A stretch of 63,512 nucleotides of DNA, the filler included, from Choristocarpus tenellus KU-1152 (taxonomy: Eukaryota > Protista > Phaeophyceae), in the NCBI GenBank assembly GCA_964200185.2. It is 12 parts of 12 records of this genome, joined end to end, with 100 filler letters (N's around TTAATTAATTAA, not from the genome) between each part and the next. Parts side by side here need not be neighbours in the genome. Positions count along the whole stretch, not along the records: positions 23,031 to 25,896 come from CAXNAD020024098.1; positions 25,997 to 29,986 come from CAXNAD020016778.1; positions 30,087 to 32,812 come from CAXNAD020025280.1; positions 32,913 to 44,478 come from CAXNAD020002248.1; 8 more parts are not named here. The stretch is one strand, 5' to 3'. The notes under the pieces are model-generated. The model saw only the letters and a program-made list of their open reading frames with translations. It did no database searches and was not told the origin of the DNA. Made by a program: the position numbers and the translations under genes. Within the stretch, counting starts at the first letter, position 1. Every line of letters begins with the position of its first letter. Shown one piece after another: positions 23,031 to 40,843 of the stretch.

Positions 23031-25293
23031 ATTTGGGTCATGCTCCATCCTCAATAGTACGCTCCATCCTCAATTTTTAAAATCCACTGTTCGTTGTCAA
23101 ATACCCATCCCACAAAGAATTGCCCCTGGTGCATTTTTGGGATGTGCAAGAACAAAGTTGTTCCCTCCTAGTGTCCAATTTGGCAAACTGTTCACTATTT
23201 TAAGAACCGTGTCGACGCCATTGCCAGGTAAACCGCCAATCTGTTGATACAACCCGCATTCCCACCTACGATCAGATCTTAGGAGATATGTGGATGAGAC
23301 TCTCCCAATATCAGATCCCTACAGGGACTAGCCCGGACCAGGTACTGTTTGGCGCCTTGAGACCTCCACATCTGGAAGTATTCATAAATTTTTTGTATCA
23401 CGGTCAATCCAAACGGAAGATTGCTATTTTCGTGCGAATGCGTTCTCTGCTCAAGGATCTCGGCGATTTGCGCGCCCCAGTCCGTCCCTTACATACATAC
23501 CTTTAGATTATTAAACTAAATATATATTCCCCAATACCTTGTTCTCCCTCATCAACGCTTCAAATCACATTACTGATCTACCGACACTACAAATCCTAGT
23601 AGGGCTTGAAGATGTTCACATGACATATACACACCTGAACTTGGTTACACTTACGTACCATAAAAGGACTCATCACCCCCTTTTCCCCTTTCTTCCAGTC
23701 TCCTTGCAAATTGGGAGCGACAAGATCAATAATCATAATAATACAGTGTAGTGTTGTAGAGTAGATTCTAAAAGATTGTACTAAAAAAAAAGATTTATAC
23801 CCTCTGGGTTCATTTCGAAGAGAAAGTTCTTTGCTTCTCGCTATATTATTTACGCACCTGTACTATTTTTACCATGTAGAACTTATATTGAAAAGTTTTT
23901 TTCAAAAAGACACTGGACCCTAACAGATTGATTAAGTTAGAACACTTTGTTTGAAATGGCGTCGAGAAAATAAATATGTATCCTGTTATACGAGTTATGG
24001 GACGCTTATTCCTTTGCGGCATCACTCTACACAAAGAAAGGTACGGTAAATTTCTTTGAAGAGTGGATGCCCTATTTTGTTTGTTTTTGTTGCCACATGG
24101 TATACTTTTGAAGTAGTGGTAGCAGTTCGAACCCATGCTGTGTAAAACAAGCTCTTCAAGTAGTTTGTTGATTGCCAGGTGATTTTCAATCATTGCGAAA
24201 CATTTTCGACAACTCTGCATACATGGAGGACAAAATGATGTATGTGGGGCTAAACAGCATGCAACAGCTGCAGAGCTTGACACCTTATTCTTGCTCTCAA
24301 TCAAGACATGTATCATGGTGGATAGTAGGTACAGTTCGATACATGTGCATTTTCTAAGTGTGAACACATATGGTAGAGACTACTCTTATACTTACCAATA
24401 TACTATGTCTGTAATACAAGAACTGAGCAGGGCAAAATTATCCTTCACCTACTTGATACATAGTATCATTTGAAAGTTGCATTTGTCTACCTACACTCAC
24501 CCATCCCAACAATAGTAAAACCAGCATATTCCACAGACTTTGATCACTGCCAAGATGCCAGTACTCGTCATATATTCAGCCTTGAGGCTACACCCCTCTG
24601 CTCTACTCCACAAGAAGAGGGGCAGTCTGGGCAACTTTGCTAGGAAAAGTGTGGAATACTCAAGCAATCTTCTTGCTGGATCTAGAAGCACGTTTTGATA
24701 TCCACGGGGCAATGACCACCTCATGGTCACAAGCACTCACAAGCAGTAATCACACATGCCGTACATAACCAACCAGAGTTCTATCAGGCGATATCCTGGT
24801 GACGAGGACTGACAAAGATCAGATTTGCAGGGCGACAGGGGCCCTACTGACACTCCTTCAAAAACCTGGGGTTGGAGGTACTTTTCAGTGGCATGTCACA
24901 CTCCTGTTCACCTCTTGGTCATTGACATTCTTAGGTCCCTGCACCATAAAATAAAAGCCGTATGCCCACAGCAATTTTCGAAATGAGGTTATAAGAAACA
25001 TACCTCAAACACAAAGGGAGTCAGGTCACCTGCAACAGACTCATTGCAGGGACATTCGGCATTAGACAAGGACACCGTTCTATGAAATCAGCAAATCAAA
25101 TGTTCAGGTTAACTGACAGGCCGAGGTTGCCTGGGCCAACTCCATGTGTGAAGCCCTGGGAGCCGAGCATGGAGCTATACTCATCTGGAACACAGGACAA
25201 CTGCAGGAAACAACACACAGCATCACGTTGCAACGAAGTCAAACATCAAGTTGAGACGGGATAACAGTATCGGGTACACACACAGATGTGAAA

Positions 25294-25325
<32 letters not shown>

Positions 25326-25504
25326 AATATTTTCAAAAGTGATTTTGTCGACAAAACAAACACTTGCAGAAAGAATACCAGTGCGTGCGTTCTTCCCATT
25401 GATGCAAAAAAAGGCTTCGCAAGGTGCAGAAGCACATCCATACCCAAATGTTCTTATGTATGTGTCTGCGCACGCTCACGGTTCGAAGTTATCTATCGCC
25501 ACAT

Positions 25505-25764
25505 GAGTGAATGTATCTTAGAGGGTGCGAATTTTGTCCTGTTTGTCCATTTGGGACTTGGCTTCCCATGGGCTTTCTTATGGTATTTTTCCTACTCCAA
25601 CATGGTTAGGAGTAGGAAAAATGTATACGTCATGAAAACGTGTGTCTGAAACATGGAGTTTGACACTTTCTAACAAGAACGATAGTCAAAACTACATCAA
25701 AATCGCAACATTGGATTTTGGCCCCCAACTGGACGCGGCTCTACCCTCTAAGATACTTTGGCTC
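25505..25764 (+). mobile_element. MITE family A copy 5 with ACAT target-site duplication
   Basis: ACAT|GAGTGAATGTATCTTAGAGGGTG ... TACCCTCTAAGATACTTTGGCTC|ACAT; 260 bp. Confidence 0.93.
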
Positions 25765-25896
25765 ACATGACACAAAACACTACACGTCCTGAGTAATAGA
25801 ACAATTTGATGAAGGATGGTAAAACAAATGGATCAATGAATCCTCCCAAGAGTACCACCGGGGGGGGGGGGGGGGAAAGTGCGAAACAAAACAAGG

Positions 25897-25996
25897 NNNN
25901 NNNNNNNNNNNNNNNNNNNNNNNNNNNNNNNNNNNNNNNNTTAATTAATTAANNNNNNNNNNNNNNNNNNNNNNNNNNNNNNNNNNNNNNNNNNNN
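25897..25996. other. Artificial contig-joining spacer
   Basis: N44-TTAATTAATTAA-N44. Confidence 0.98.
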
Positions 25997-27372
25997 CTCG
26001 ATCCTGTCGGCCCCCACCACCTCCCCTGTCACGCCCACTCCGCCCTCCTCGATCCCCCCCCCTACGGCCCTTATCATCTCCAAAGCCCCACACCTTTTGC
26101 CACAGAGGATGTGTTGATGGCCACGGCAATAGTCAAGAGGGACCCCCCAGTAATGAAGGGGAGTCAGGGGAGGGGAAATAATATGAACAGCGTGGGAACA
26201 ATAGGAGTCACAGCGGCACTAAACTGAAGTACACAATAATATGTTTGAAGCAAGCATGCTCCCTCACAGGACCTACGCTACATACAACATACGGGTGAAA
26301 TGTTCCTCGAAAATAAAAAAAGACAACAGTCATCAAAAAATATACAACTAATGTTGTGAATCGAAAGCAATCAAGAGTGTTACGATATTTGGCTCAAAAT
26401 TATCCACTTCACTCCATTGAATCAAAGCTTTTGCCCATGAGGTATGAAGAAACACCGAAAGATTGAGTCGTTGTGATTCACGACACTGCTCACAATGTTT
26501 TGTCATGACAGAAGGAATTGGTGTCTTGTTTCATATCCTTACTATTCATCGAGCCTTCAGATCCTTCCCCATTCACAAATCATTTTCTCACCTCGATGCA
26601 CTTGGGCAGGGTCATCTCTTTGAGGGTCCCTGTCCTCAGGTCATAATATGCTGCCACAGTCTGCCTTGTGGACGTGTTTACCAGCCACCACACGTGCTTC
26701 TCAGTCATCTTTCCTGAGCCACTCCCCCCTGCCCCCCCACCTGCTCCACTATCTTTCCCACCACCTCCCCAGCCATAGTCACGACTGTAGGGGTTGACTT
26801 CACCGAATGCTGCTCCCTTTACTACCACCTCACAGTATCGCAGGCTACCACTCGGGGCCAGTTTATACCCAATGGGATTTAGCACCTTCACGGCTAAATG
26901 CTGAGACGGGTACACGAGTGGGATCGGTTTATGCGGTCGTCAAGGAGAGAGGACAGGGGGGAAGAGGGACAGGGGGACAAAAGAAAAGAGGGATCACTTG
27001 TGCATCTAACTCTGGTAATTACACCAGGATCGTCGAAGAAGAGGGGAGATATCCACGTTTCGTTCGCGCCAGGATCGGGTGGGGTAGGGAAGTGAACAAG
27101 AGAAATGTAGGGCTTATCACGGCATAGAAATGAGACAATTGGCGATGAAACAGAGGGGGGATGTGCATGCACGTGAACTCTCGAGTGGTGCGATTCGCTT
27201 GTCTTACGTCTCCTGTTACCTTCTTGGTCTTGGTGCACTCAGCTTCATATACCACCCCAGCCGCTCCACCCCCCAGGAAACTTCCCAGTTCATAATCCGA
27301 CGGATGCGAATCCGACGTCCAAATGCTCTGACCGTCATACCGATAGACCCGCGTAGGCTTCTTCTTGGGCAT
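25997..27372 (-). CDS. Protein kinase with a long insertion after subdomain II, 5' exons
   Basis: Exon 27372-27220 (..YELGSFLGGGAAGVVYEA..), exon 26900-26592 (HLAVKVLNPIGYKL..KHVWWLVN..LPKCIE) and exon 26093-contig end (VWGFG..). The G-loop and AVK lysine are present, and all junctions are phase-0 GT-AG. Confidence 0.82.
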
Positions 27373-29986
27373 GGTGGGCTGCAACAAAACCACGGTTGGG
27401 AGGGAAGGTGGTACATGTTTGTTTGCGTTCGGCCATCAATCCCTCAGGGTTGCATACACGACTAAAGCATTAAGTAAAATCCTGCGTTCAAGTAAACTTT
27501 CTCCCGGGAGACGATGCCATCACCAAGTGCAATACCCTTTGTTGTAAAGGACAAATTCAAAACATAGAGATCTGCATGTGAGGGACTAGTCATCGCGAAC
27601 GAGGTTTCACACGTTGACGGGAATGTTCAAATGCATCGTTCGAATTTATGTCGATGCGGTAATCTTTTTAATCACCTGGAAGATATATTACAACAGTCCA
27701 AAACTGTGTCTGCTGATGTACTTCGGCAGTGAGCTCAGCTCAACCTATCTACAACCCCCCCGCACACGACTGTCGAACTCACACACTCTTACACCCTTAG
27801 GCTGCTCCTCCAGCTGTACTACCGGAGATCACTCTTTCCTCCAACACAATCAATCAGCCCTCCCAATCAGGTTGTCTTCACCACAGCACACGAATTGAAC
27901 AGTCCTTCACACTGCAATCTCACTTCTCGGGTGAACCAAAAAATCTCTTTGTTGCGTTTGGCGTGACAATTGGCGAGGTGGTGAGCGTTCCACTAGCAGG
28001 GGGGCAATCACCTCTTACGAGAGAAATAGATCGTTGTATCCACACTCTACAACTATCCGTTCTATAACCCCTTCCTCCCCCCCGTTTGAGCCCCCTTCTC
28101 TAATCTGTCAAACATTACACCAGAAGAGTAAAAAAAAATCTGTCCACGCCGCGAAATTCGTGCCATGCGCGCCTCTAAACGCATACCTCCAAAAAATGAT
28201 CACCTATTTTATACTCTTAATATTTTGTTTGAGTACATACACCAAACCTGTGTATTTCTGTTACTATATTTGTTACTATATTTTGGAGGATGTGGGGGAT
28301 GGCCACGCGTAGGCCTTACAGCCTCTTGGGATTCTTCTCTTGTTCCTTGCCCACCTTCATAGGCTTAGACAGGAGCCAAAGTAGTAGTGTGGACATTGGG
28401 TGATAAGGAAGTCTCATAGGAAGTGCTATGAACTGAAATAATTTTGGGACAGTGGAGTGTCATTTAATTGTACAACGAACCACTGCAATTCCAGAAGTTT
28501 TGATGGACTTGCTATGTCGTATGTATTTATCCATGGATATATATTTTAGGGAGCATGACAGGTAGTCTACAACATAGCACGTCAAGAAAGAACCCCCTTG
28601 TCTGTGCATGTATGTTCAACTATAAAATAACACCATTGCAGCGGTGGAAGTGGGGGAAGAGTATACATGTTTGCTTGAAGGAGGGAGCTCCCCTCTCTTT
28701 CTGCCTCTCTCCTCCTATTCCGAGTGTTGTTCCTTGATATTTTTTATGAACCGATAGCTGCCTTCATGGTATTTGGGGGTAGCCCAGCAGTGAAGTAAAC
28801 GAACCAAAAGCAAGTTGTTGTGACTGACTGGTGTAGTACCTATGCAACACGCCAAGGAATACACTACTAGTATAACTAGAACCTAGAGCGGCATGTGATA
28901 TTCTCCGGGATTTGGGACTGTATTTCTTTTTTCATTTCCTTTTTTAGTCCCCCCTCTACAAAAAATTGACGGGACGACAACCAAGTTTCCAATAGAAAAG
29001 CGGGGGCAAGGTGGAGAGTCCAAAACCCCTATAAAAAACCTCCCTTGCTGACACTGGGTGGACGCATTTCCATTCTAAAACCCCTACCAAGAATCTCCCT
29101 ACCGACAATGGGTGGACACTTTGCATTGTCGCTTACAGTCAAGTGCTTGAGGAGGATCCTCATCTCTGGACAGTCAGAGACATTTGGGACTCACAATGGA
29201 GGGTAGAGCACGGTCAGCAAGTACTGACTGTGTGTCTGACCCAACGTATCACAGACCTGAGGGAGAGTGCAATTTGGTATCTTCCAAAAGCAACCAGGAG
29301 ACACCAAAAGCAACCCCTAGTGTAGATCAGGTTAGTCAAAATAACTCTGGCTCTGAAAATTGGCAATGGACAGATGAGCTTGAGGCTGAGGTGCGGTTGT
29401 TGGAACAGGAACGTGAAGACTATAATTGTCTCAATAAAGATTGAATCCGTGGAGTCATCAGCTCACAACCAACCAATACTACTGCATGAGAGGATTATAA
29501 ATATAGGTGGTTTCAAATTTATTTCATATTTACGTGGTAATGGTGCGGCTCCATTGTGCACTGATTGGATATGCATAAAGCTGTAGGAGGATTCGAAGAA
29601 GATCAAAGAACCCAGAAGCATTTTTCTGGAATATGGCGCCTCTTGGTTATGGTGGAACAGAGGGAAAGCTTATATGAAGTAGGGGGGGCAGATTAAAAGT
29701 TAAAGGCTTGGATGACTGGGAGGAGGACAATATATTCCAGAAGTTAATGGGAAAAGAGTGGCAGGGAAATGTGGACATAAGGAGTGGGGTAGAACAAAAG
29801 GGAAAAGTCAAAGACAGAGGTAAAAGGACAAGAGGGGGCAGGACCTAGGCAACTTCTGAGCCATGTTTCCACCCGCCGATCCTCTTGATTGCGCACGATT
29901 GAGCGGAATGTTGAAGGGGGGGGGGGGGCAAGTTCGGGCAGGGTAGATTTCCAGTATGGGGGATGATGATTCGGGGGTGGCCTTGG

Positions 29987-30086
29987 NNNNNNNNNNNNNN
30001 NNNNNNNNNNNNNNNNNNNNNNNNNNNNNNTTAATTAATTAANNNNNNNNNNNNNNNNNNNNNNNNNNNNNNNNNNNNNNNNNNNN
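29987..30086. other. Artificial contig-joining spacer
   Basis: N44-TTAATTAATTAA-N44. Confidence 0.98.
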
Positions 30087-30492
30087 ACCCCACATGATGT
30101 GTCATGATACCTACAACAGCACCGCGGGTGTTGAAACCGCCATCAACATACAGCCACCAAAAAAGTCCAGGGGATTAACAGGGGGGGGGGGGAAGAGAGC
30201 GGGGGGAGGCAAGAATGTCAGCCTACACCTTTTTTGGAACATTTTCAACATTTTCAACAGCTTCACAGATGCACTACATACACACGAAAAAATAGAGGTA
30301 AGACCCTTGACAGCTAGCACAAGGGGAACGTTGAAAAAAATCCTTTGAAGACACCCAAACTGCAGGACTGACATGACCGTCACATCGCCTCTGATGCACC
30401 ACAGACAAGGGATTGGAAGGATGCCTCAAAAACAGATTGCAAGGTTGGTGTGTACACACAACTTTAAAGTGCATACATGCCAGTTTGCTCAC

Positions 30493-32290
30493 CTGCATCA
30501 TCGTGCCAATGGTCACACTCCACGGTACCTGCTCCATTCAAATGCATTTGAATAAAAAAATCTATTCCCTGAGTGTTCAACAATAGGATGGGGGGGCCAA
30601 GGTTGGGTATAGGCAGGTGGGCGTGGCAATTTTGGGGGGAAAGGGGACTACGGTACATCAACACTAACCACGACAGGATGGAGATTCTATAACTCATTCT
30701 TCTCCCCCAGCACCCCTACGGCAACCCTTGCCCTTGTTACAATTGCAGAGTTGAAAAAAGGTACTTACTACATTGCTGTCACCAACAAAATTGTGTCTCA
30801 GTGGTAGCACTCTTCACAAAGCCATATGTGGAATCATGCTGAACGCTTCAGGCGCTACAAAACTTTCCTCTGCAGTAACATGTTGACACAACCATACCAA
30901 ATGCAATCACTCAACACGGGGAAAGGGGTTGGAGAAATCAAGCACCTTGCATTAACCCTGGCATTATTAACCCCTTCAAGACCAGAAGAACACAAATAAC
31001 ATCTAGTAGCATCTTTAGGAAGCACTGAGAGTCACCTTATAGAGAGGGCCATAAATATCTACTCCTATCCTGGTAGGAAGGCGGTACAGAGTCTCCATTG
31101 CGTCCAAGAAAGCCTCCCTGTCGTGATCAGTCAGGGTCCGTATCTCTCTCCTGACGTACTTGACCATCACGTATTCGCTATGACTCACCAACTTTTGATT
31201 GACCGAAAACATCAGTACATTGCAGTGGAGATGTTGGGTCTTCAGAATGGGAATGGATTAAGGGGGGGACAACCAATTTGTAAACACACCCGGAGGACAA
31301 TGACCCAACTAGTGAGTGTTTGAAGCAGGACGCGAGAGCTTTATGTGTATCCCCATTTTGTAATCCATGTATAATGTACAACATTGGGAGGCATACCAGC
31401 AGACTCTTCTCACCATACCACTGAATTTTGGACTGACTCTAGGACAACAGGACAAAAGCTCATCAAGCTGCTCTTCAGTACTGTACGATACATCACTACC
31501 CTGAACATCTGTCTTCAGGTGCTACACAAAAAGTGTCTTAGCACTGTGGTTCATGAAGATAGGGTTTGATGTAGAGCAATGCAAGCAATCAAACCCCCTT
31601 TCTTCCATCTCCCTTCCCCACCTGCATTTAGGTTCCTAAAGTTGTGTGGAGATACACACCTGGCCAGTGGAAGGTATTATCTGAGACAAAGTAACCTTGA
31701 CCTTTCCCACTTTCTCGAAGATATGGTTCACCACACTGAAAGAGAGCAATGCAATGCAAGCATACCACGTGTTATTCATGCTGGTATCAATAATTTAGAT
31801 CCTGCTCACAGCTGATCTAAGCACCACTGTATACTATCTGGCATATGACCCATGCACGATCTATAGTGGTTGAAGAAGAAACACTATCCGAAGAATTTAA
31901 CTTCCTATCCTCTATTCTAGCAATACAACAAAACACGCATTACCCCTTACATAGATAGAAAAATGTGGTTTTATGAACTTCATTGACAGTCAGACAATAC
32001 AATGACTGCATCTCAGTATACCAAAAGACAGGCATCCTCCCCCAAATATTAATCAACATGAGCACACAGAGAATAGGGGCAGAGCGGGGGATGGGGAATG
32101 ACTCACCGTCCCTCATAAGTAGCTTCATCGCCAATTGTCCACAGAAAGGTGGGTTGTTGTCCATTATCCTTAATCAAGTCATCAGCTGCCATTGCACTGA
32201 AGTGGGCCATTTTATATGGTTCTGCAAGGTGCTTCCACGGAGACCAGACAATAAGGTCTTTTTCCTTCAAAAAGCGTGTTGCATTTTGTT
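30493..32290 (-). CDS. Tyrosinase-family (type-3 copper) protein with an upstream PKD-like beta module, partial; possibly disabled
   Basis: Exon 31239-31036 (VKYVRREIRTLTDHDREAFLDAMETLY..) splices to 30568-30493 (GIDFFIQMHLNGAGTVECDHWHDDAG, CuA histidines). Upstream exons ~32290-32107 (PWKHLAEPY..FLWTIGDEATYEGR) and 31735-31660 (VVNHIFEKVGKVKVTL). Confidence 0.8.
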
Positions 32291-32812
32291 ATCACCATTC
32301 GCAGAGGCATTTTCCAGTGGATTTGCAGGTGCAGGTTCAATGGATTCAAGAATGAGTTAGTGACTTCAGAATCATTACCAGAAAGAAGCTAGGGCGTCCT
32401 TTGCAGTTATACAATACTGCCTTGTTTCTGAGGAATCACTTTCAAAACCAATACCTCCCTATGAAGATGGAGGAGGACGCAGTGCTCTTCCAAAAAAGAT
32501 GAAATAAAGAGCGTGTCTCTCACAAACGGCTCTACTTGAATCTATCCTCCCCACGTTGTCGGTACCTCAGAGGGCATGCATGGAGGACATGTAAAACCAC
32601 TGCATATGGGAACGGTAGCGTTAAGTGTTTACTTGAATTGGGGTTGGGCGTGTCAACTATACCTGCCCGGAATTGAACCCAGGCAAGAGAACAAAAAAAA
32701 ACCAGATGCTTCAACAAGCACAAGGCTCCACTGTTAACGGACTTAGGTTCGCAACCTGAAATGTAACATTCTTATTCTCCTATTTGCTCACCGTGTAAGC
32801 GGTCGGTACTTG

Positions 32813-32912
32813 NNNNNNNNNNNNNNNNNNNNNNNNNNNNNNNNNNNNNNNNNNNNTTAATTAATTAANNNNNNNNNNNNNNNNNNNNNNNNNNNNNNNN
32901 NNNNNNNNNNNN
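32813..32912. other. Artificial contig-joining spacer
   Basis: N44-TTAATTAATTAA-N44. Confidence 0.98.
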
Positions 32913-33117
32913 CTGGGCTTCCCATGGGTTTTTTATGACATTTTCCTACTCCGAAATGTTTCCAAGTGGGTAAAATGTATACGTTGTGAAAAGGTGTGTC
33001 CGAAACATAGATATTGACACTTCCTAACAAACACGACTGCTAAAATTACATCAAATTGCAACGTTGGATTTTTACCCCCAAATGGACGCGGCTCTACCCT
33101 CTAAGATAATTTGGCTC
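32913..33117 (+). mobile_element. MITE family A copy 6, left end cut by contig edge
   Basis: Internal family-A sequence ending TACCCTCTAAGATAATTTGGCTC. Confidence 0.88.
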
Positions 33118-33559
33118 AGCGGTAAGCTGAAACTTAAGCAAGTCTCCCTTGGTCGACATCTAAATCTTAAGCTCAAGTGAAGCGATCGGTGGTGGATCTA
33201 TATACTGTAATTCATGAAGTGGATCGGTCGTGGATCTACTTGGCAATATCAAATCATCCCTGATTGGACCTCCAAAATAGACAAACTTATCTGTCTGCTT
33301 ATATCTTTGCCCTGCAGCAACAACCTGCACTTCCTTTGCTAGCTAATGGAGTAGTCGAAGGGACATGGTCTCCCTCTTTTTATCTGACAAAGTCATCGTC
33401 TTGGTCAAGCTGTCCTGAGCTCATGACACAAGGGGCATCATTCGCGTAATACATCTACCATAGTTGTAAGTACCAGGAATTTCCTTGCTCTCTCCCCTTT
33501 CCCCAATTGACTGGTGATTCTTGGCAGCCCTGCGAATGTGGATAGTCTTGTTTGGGAAC

Positions 33560-34240
33560 ATTACCTTCGGGTACTGAGCCTCTCAATCACCACAGTATGC
33601 ACTATGGAAAAAGAGGTTGAACAAATGGGACAAGGACACTATCTTGGCGAAGAATTTGCTCAGCGTCGAACCATTCCGAGCAATCCACATCACCGATCTG
33701 CACACGGGCTTGCATTCTGACTTGAACACGACGAATGACCGATATCATCTTCGCACGTACAACAAAATTGCCCAGAACCGTCCAAAAGACGTCATGTTCG
33801 ACCAAGGCACATGACTGCTGTAGATCAATAAAGTACATGTAGAAGTAGTGCTCTTCACTCGGTCAAGTTCCAGCTAGACATGCGCCACAAACATCACATC
33901 AATGGTCGATCGCAAAGGTCGACATTCTCTTCAGGCAGTATACTCTCCTGTCCAGCATAGGTTCCCAAAGGTGTGCAATAACTTATAGGCATGTACCACC
34001 AGCGAAATAACCCTGCAGTTGCCAAATTCAGGACGGACTTCTTCTAGTGGAGAGCTTTGATGACGGTGTTTCTCGAAGGCTGAGGTACAACCTCAGACCA
34101 GCACACAGGAAGTTTGATGTTGTAGGAAACTTAGACAAGAAGTGGGTTCATCCCCCAATCCCACTTTTAGGGAGTTGCACTGCGAAGTTAACCGGCTGCA
34201 CAAACTTCCTGTTGGGTAAAGGACGATGCTTTTCATAGTC
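33560..34240 (-). mobile_element. Decayed non-LTR retrotransposon (RTE-like LINE) reverse-transcriptase fragment
   Basis: Minus-strand remnants GNCRVISLVVHAYKLL (~GNYRGISL), RSTIDVMF, MYFIDL (~FIDLxKAYD) and KMISVIR..MQARV..DCSEWFDAEQILRQDSVL (~GLRQGCVL) occur in RT order, with stops and frameshifts. Confidence 0.8.
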
Positions 34241-34504
34241 CAAATGGCAACCTCATCCATTTATACCATACACTACAAAACGTAACTAGATTTGGGTAAC
34301 CCTGGAATAGAGATGGGTTGTTCAGTTGATTTTTCTGCGATCATATTTAGATAAGATAGTGAAATAAAACCATGGATTTTTCAAGGTGACTATATATATT
34401 TTATTGTTGTACAGGCTGTAGAGTGTGTTTTTCTATGGTAAGAGCACAGGGAAAACGGCATCGCATATCCTCACTCAGTGATGAAGTAGAGTATAAGCAT
34501 CAAA

Positions 34505-40527
<6,023 letters not shown>

Positions 40528-40843
40528 ATTATCAAAACGAATGCTGCACAATGTGTTTTGCATCTTGCAATGAGTTCTGGGCTGAAGAAACAAAGTATAA
40601 TTTTCAACCCTACCTTGGTTGCTCATGGTTTGCATCATAGGTTGAGCCCACAGCGTTACTAACCCACTTATTTGTGTTGGAGTCCACAATGTACATAATT
40701 AATGCAATAGAACAGCTGCAACATGCTTGAAAGTAGACACATGTCTATCATACACAAAATTGAGCTGAATCCACGTAAAACATGGTACCTACGTTATGCC
40801 TGCTTGTACATGGCCTGTGCCTGTAACATGGATGAAATTGAGC

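Noticed and set aside
23280-25250. Scattered exon-like segments on contig 5
   Set aside because: I could not assemble a phase-consistent gene or recognise any motif.
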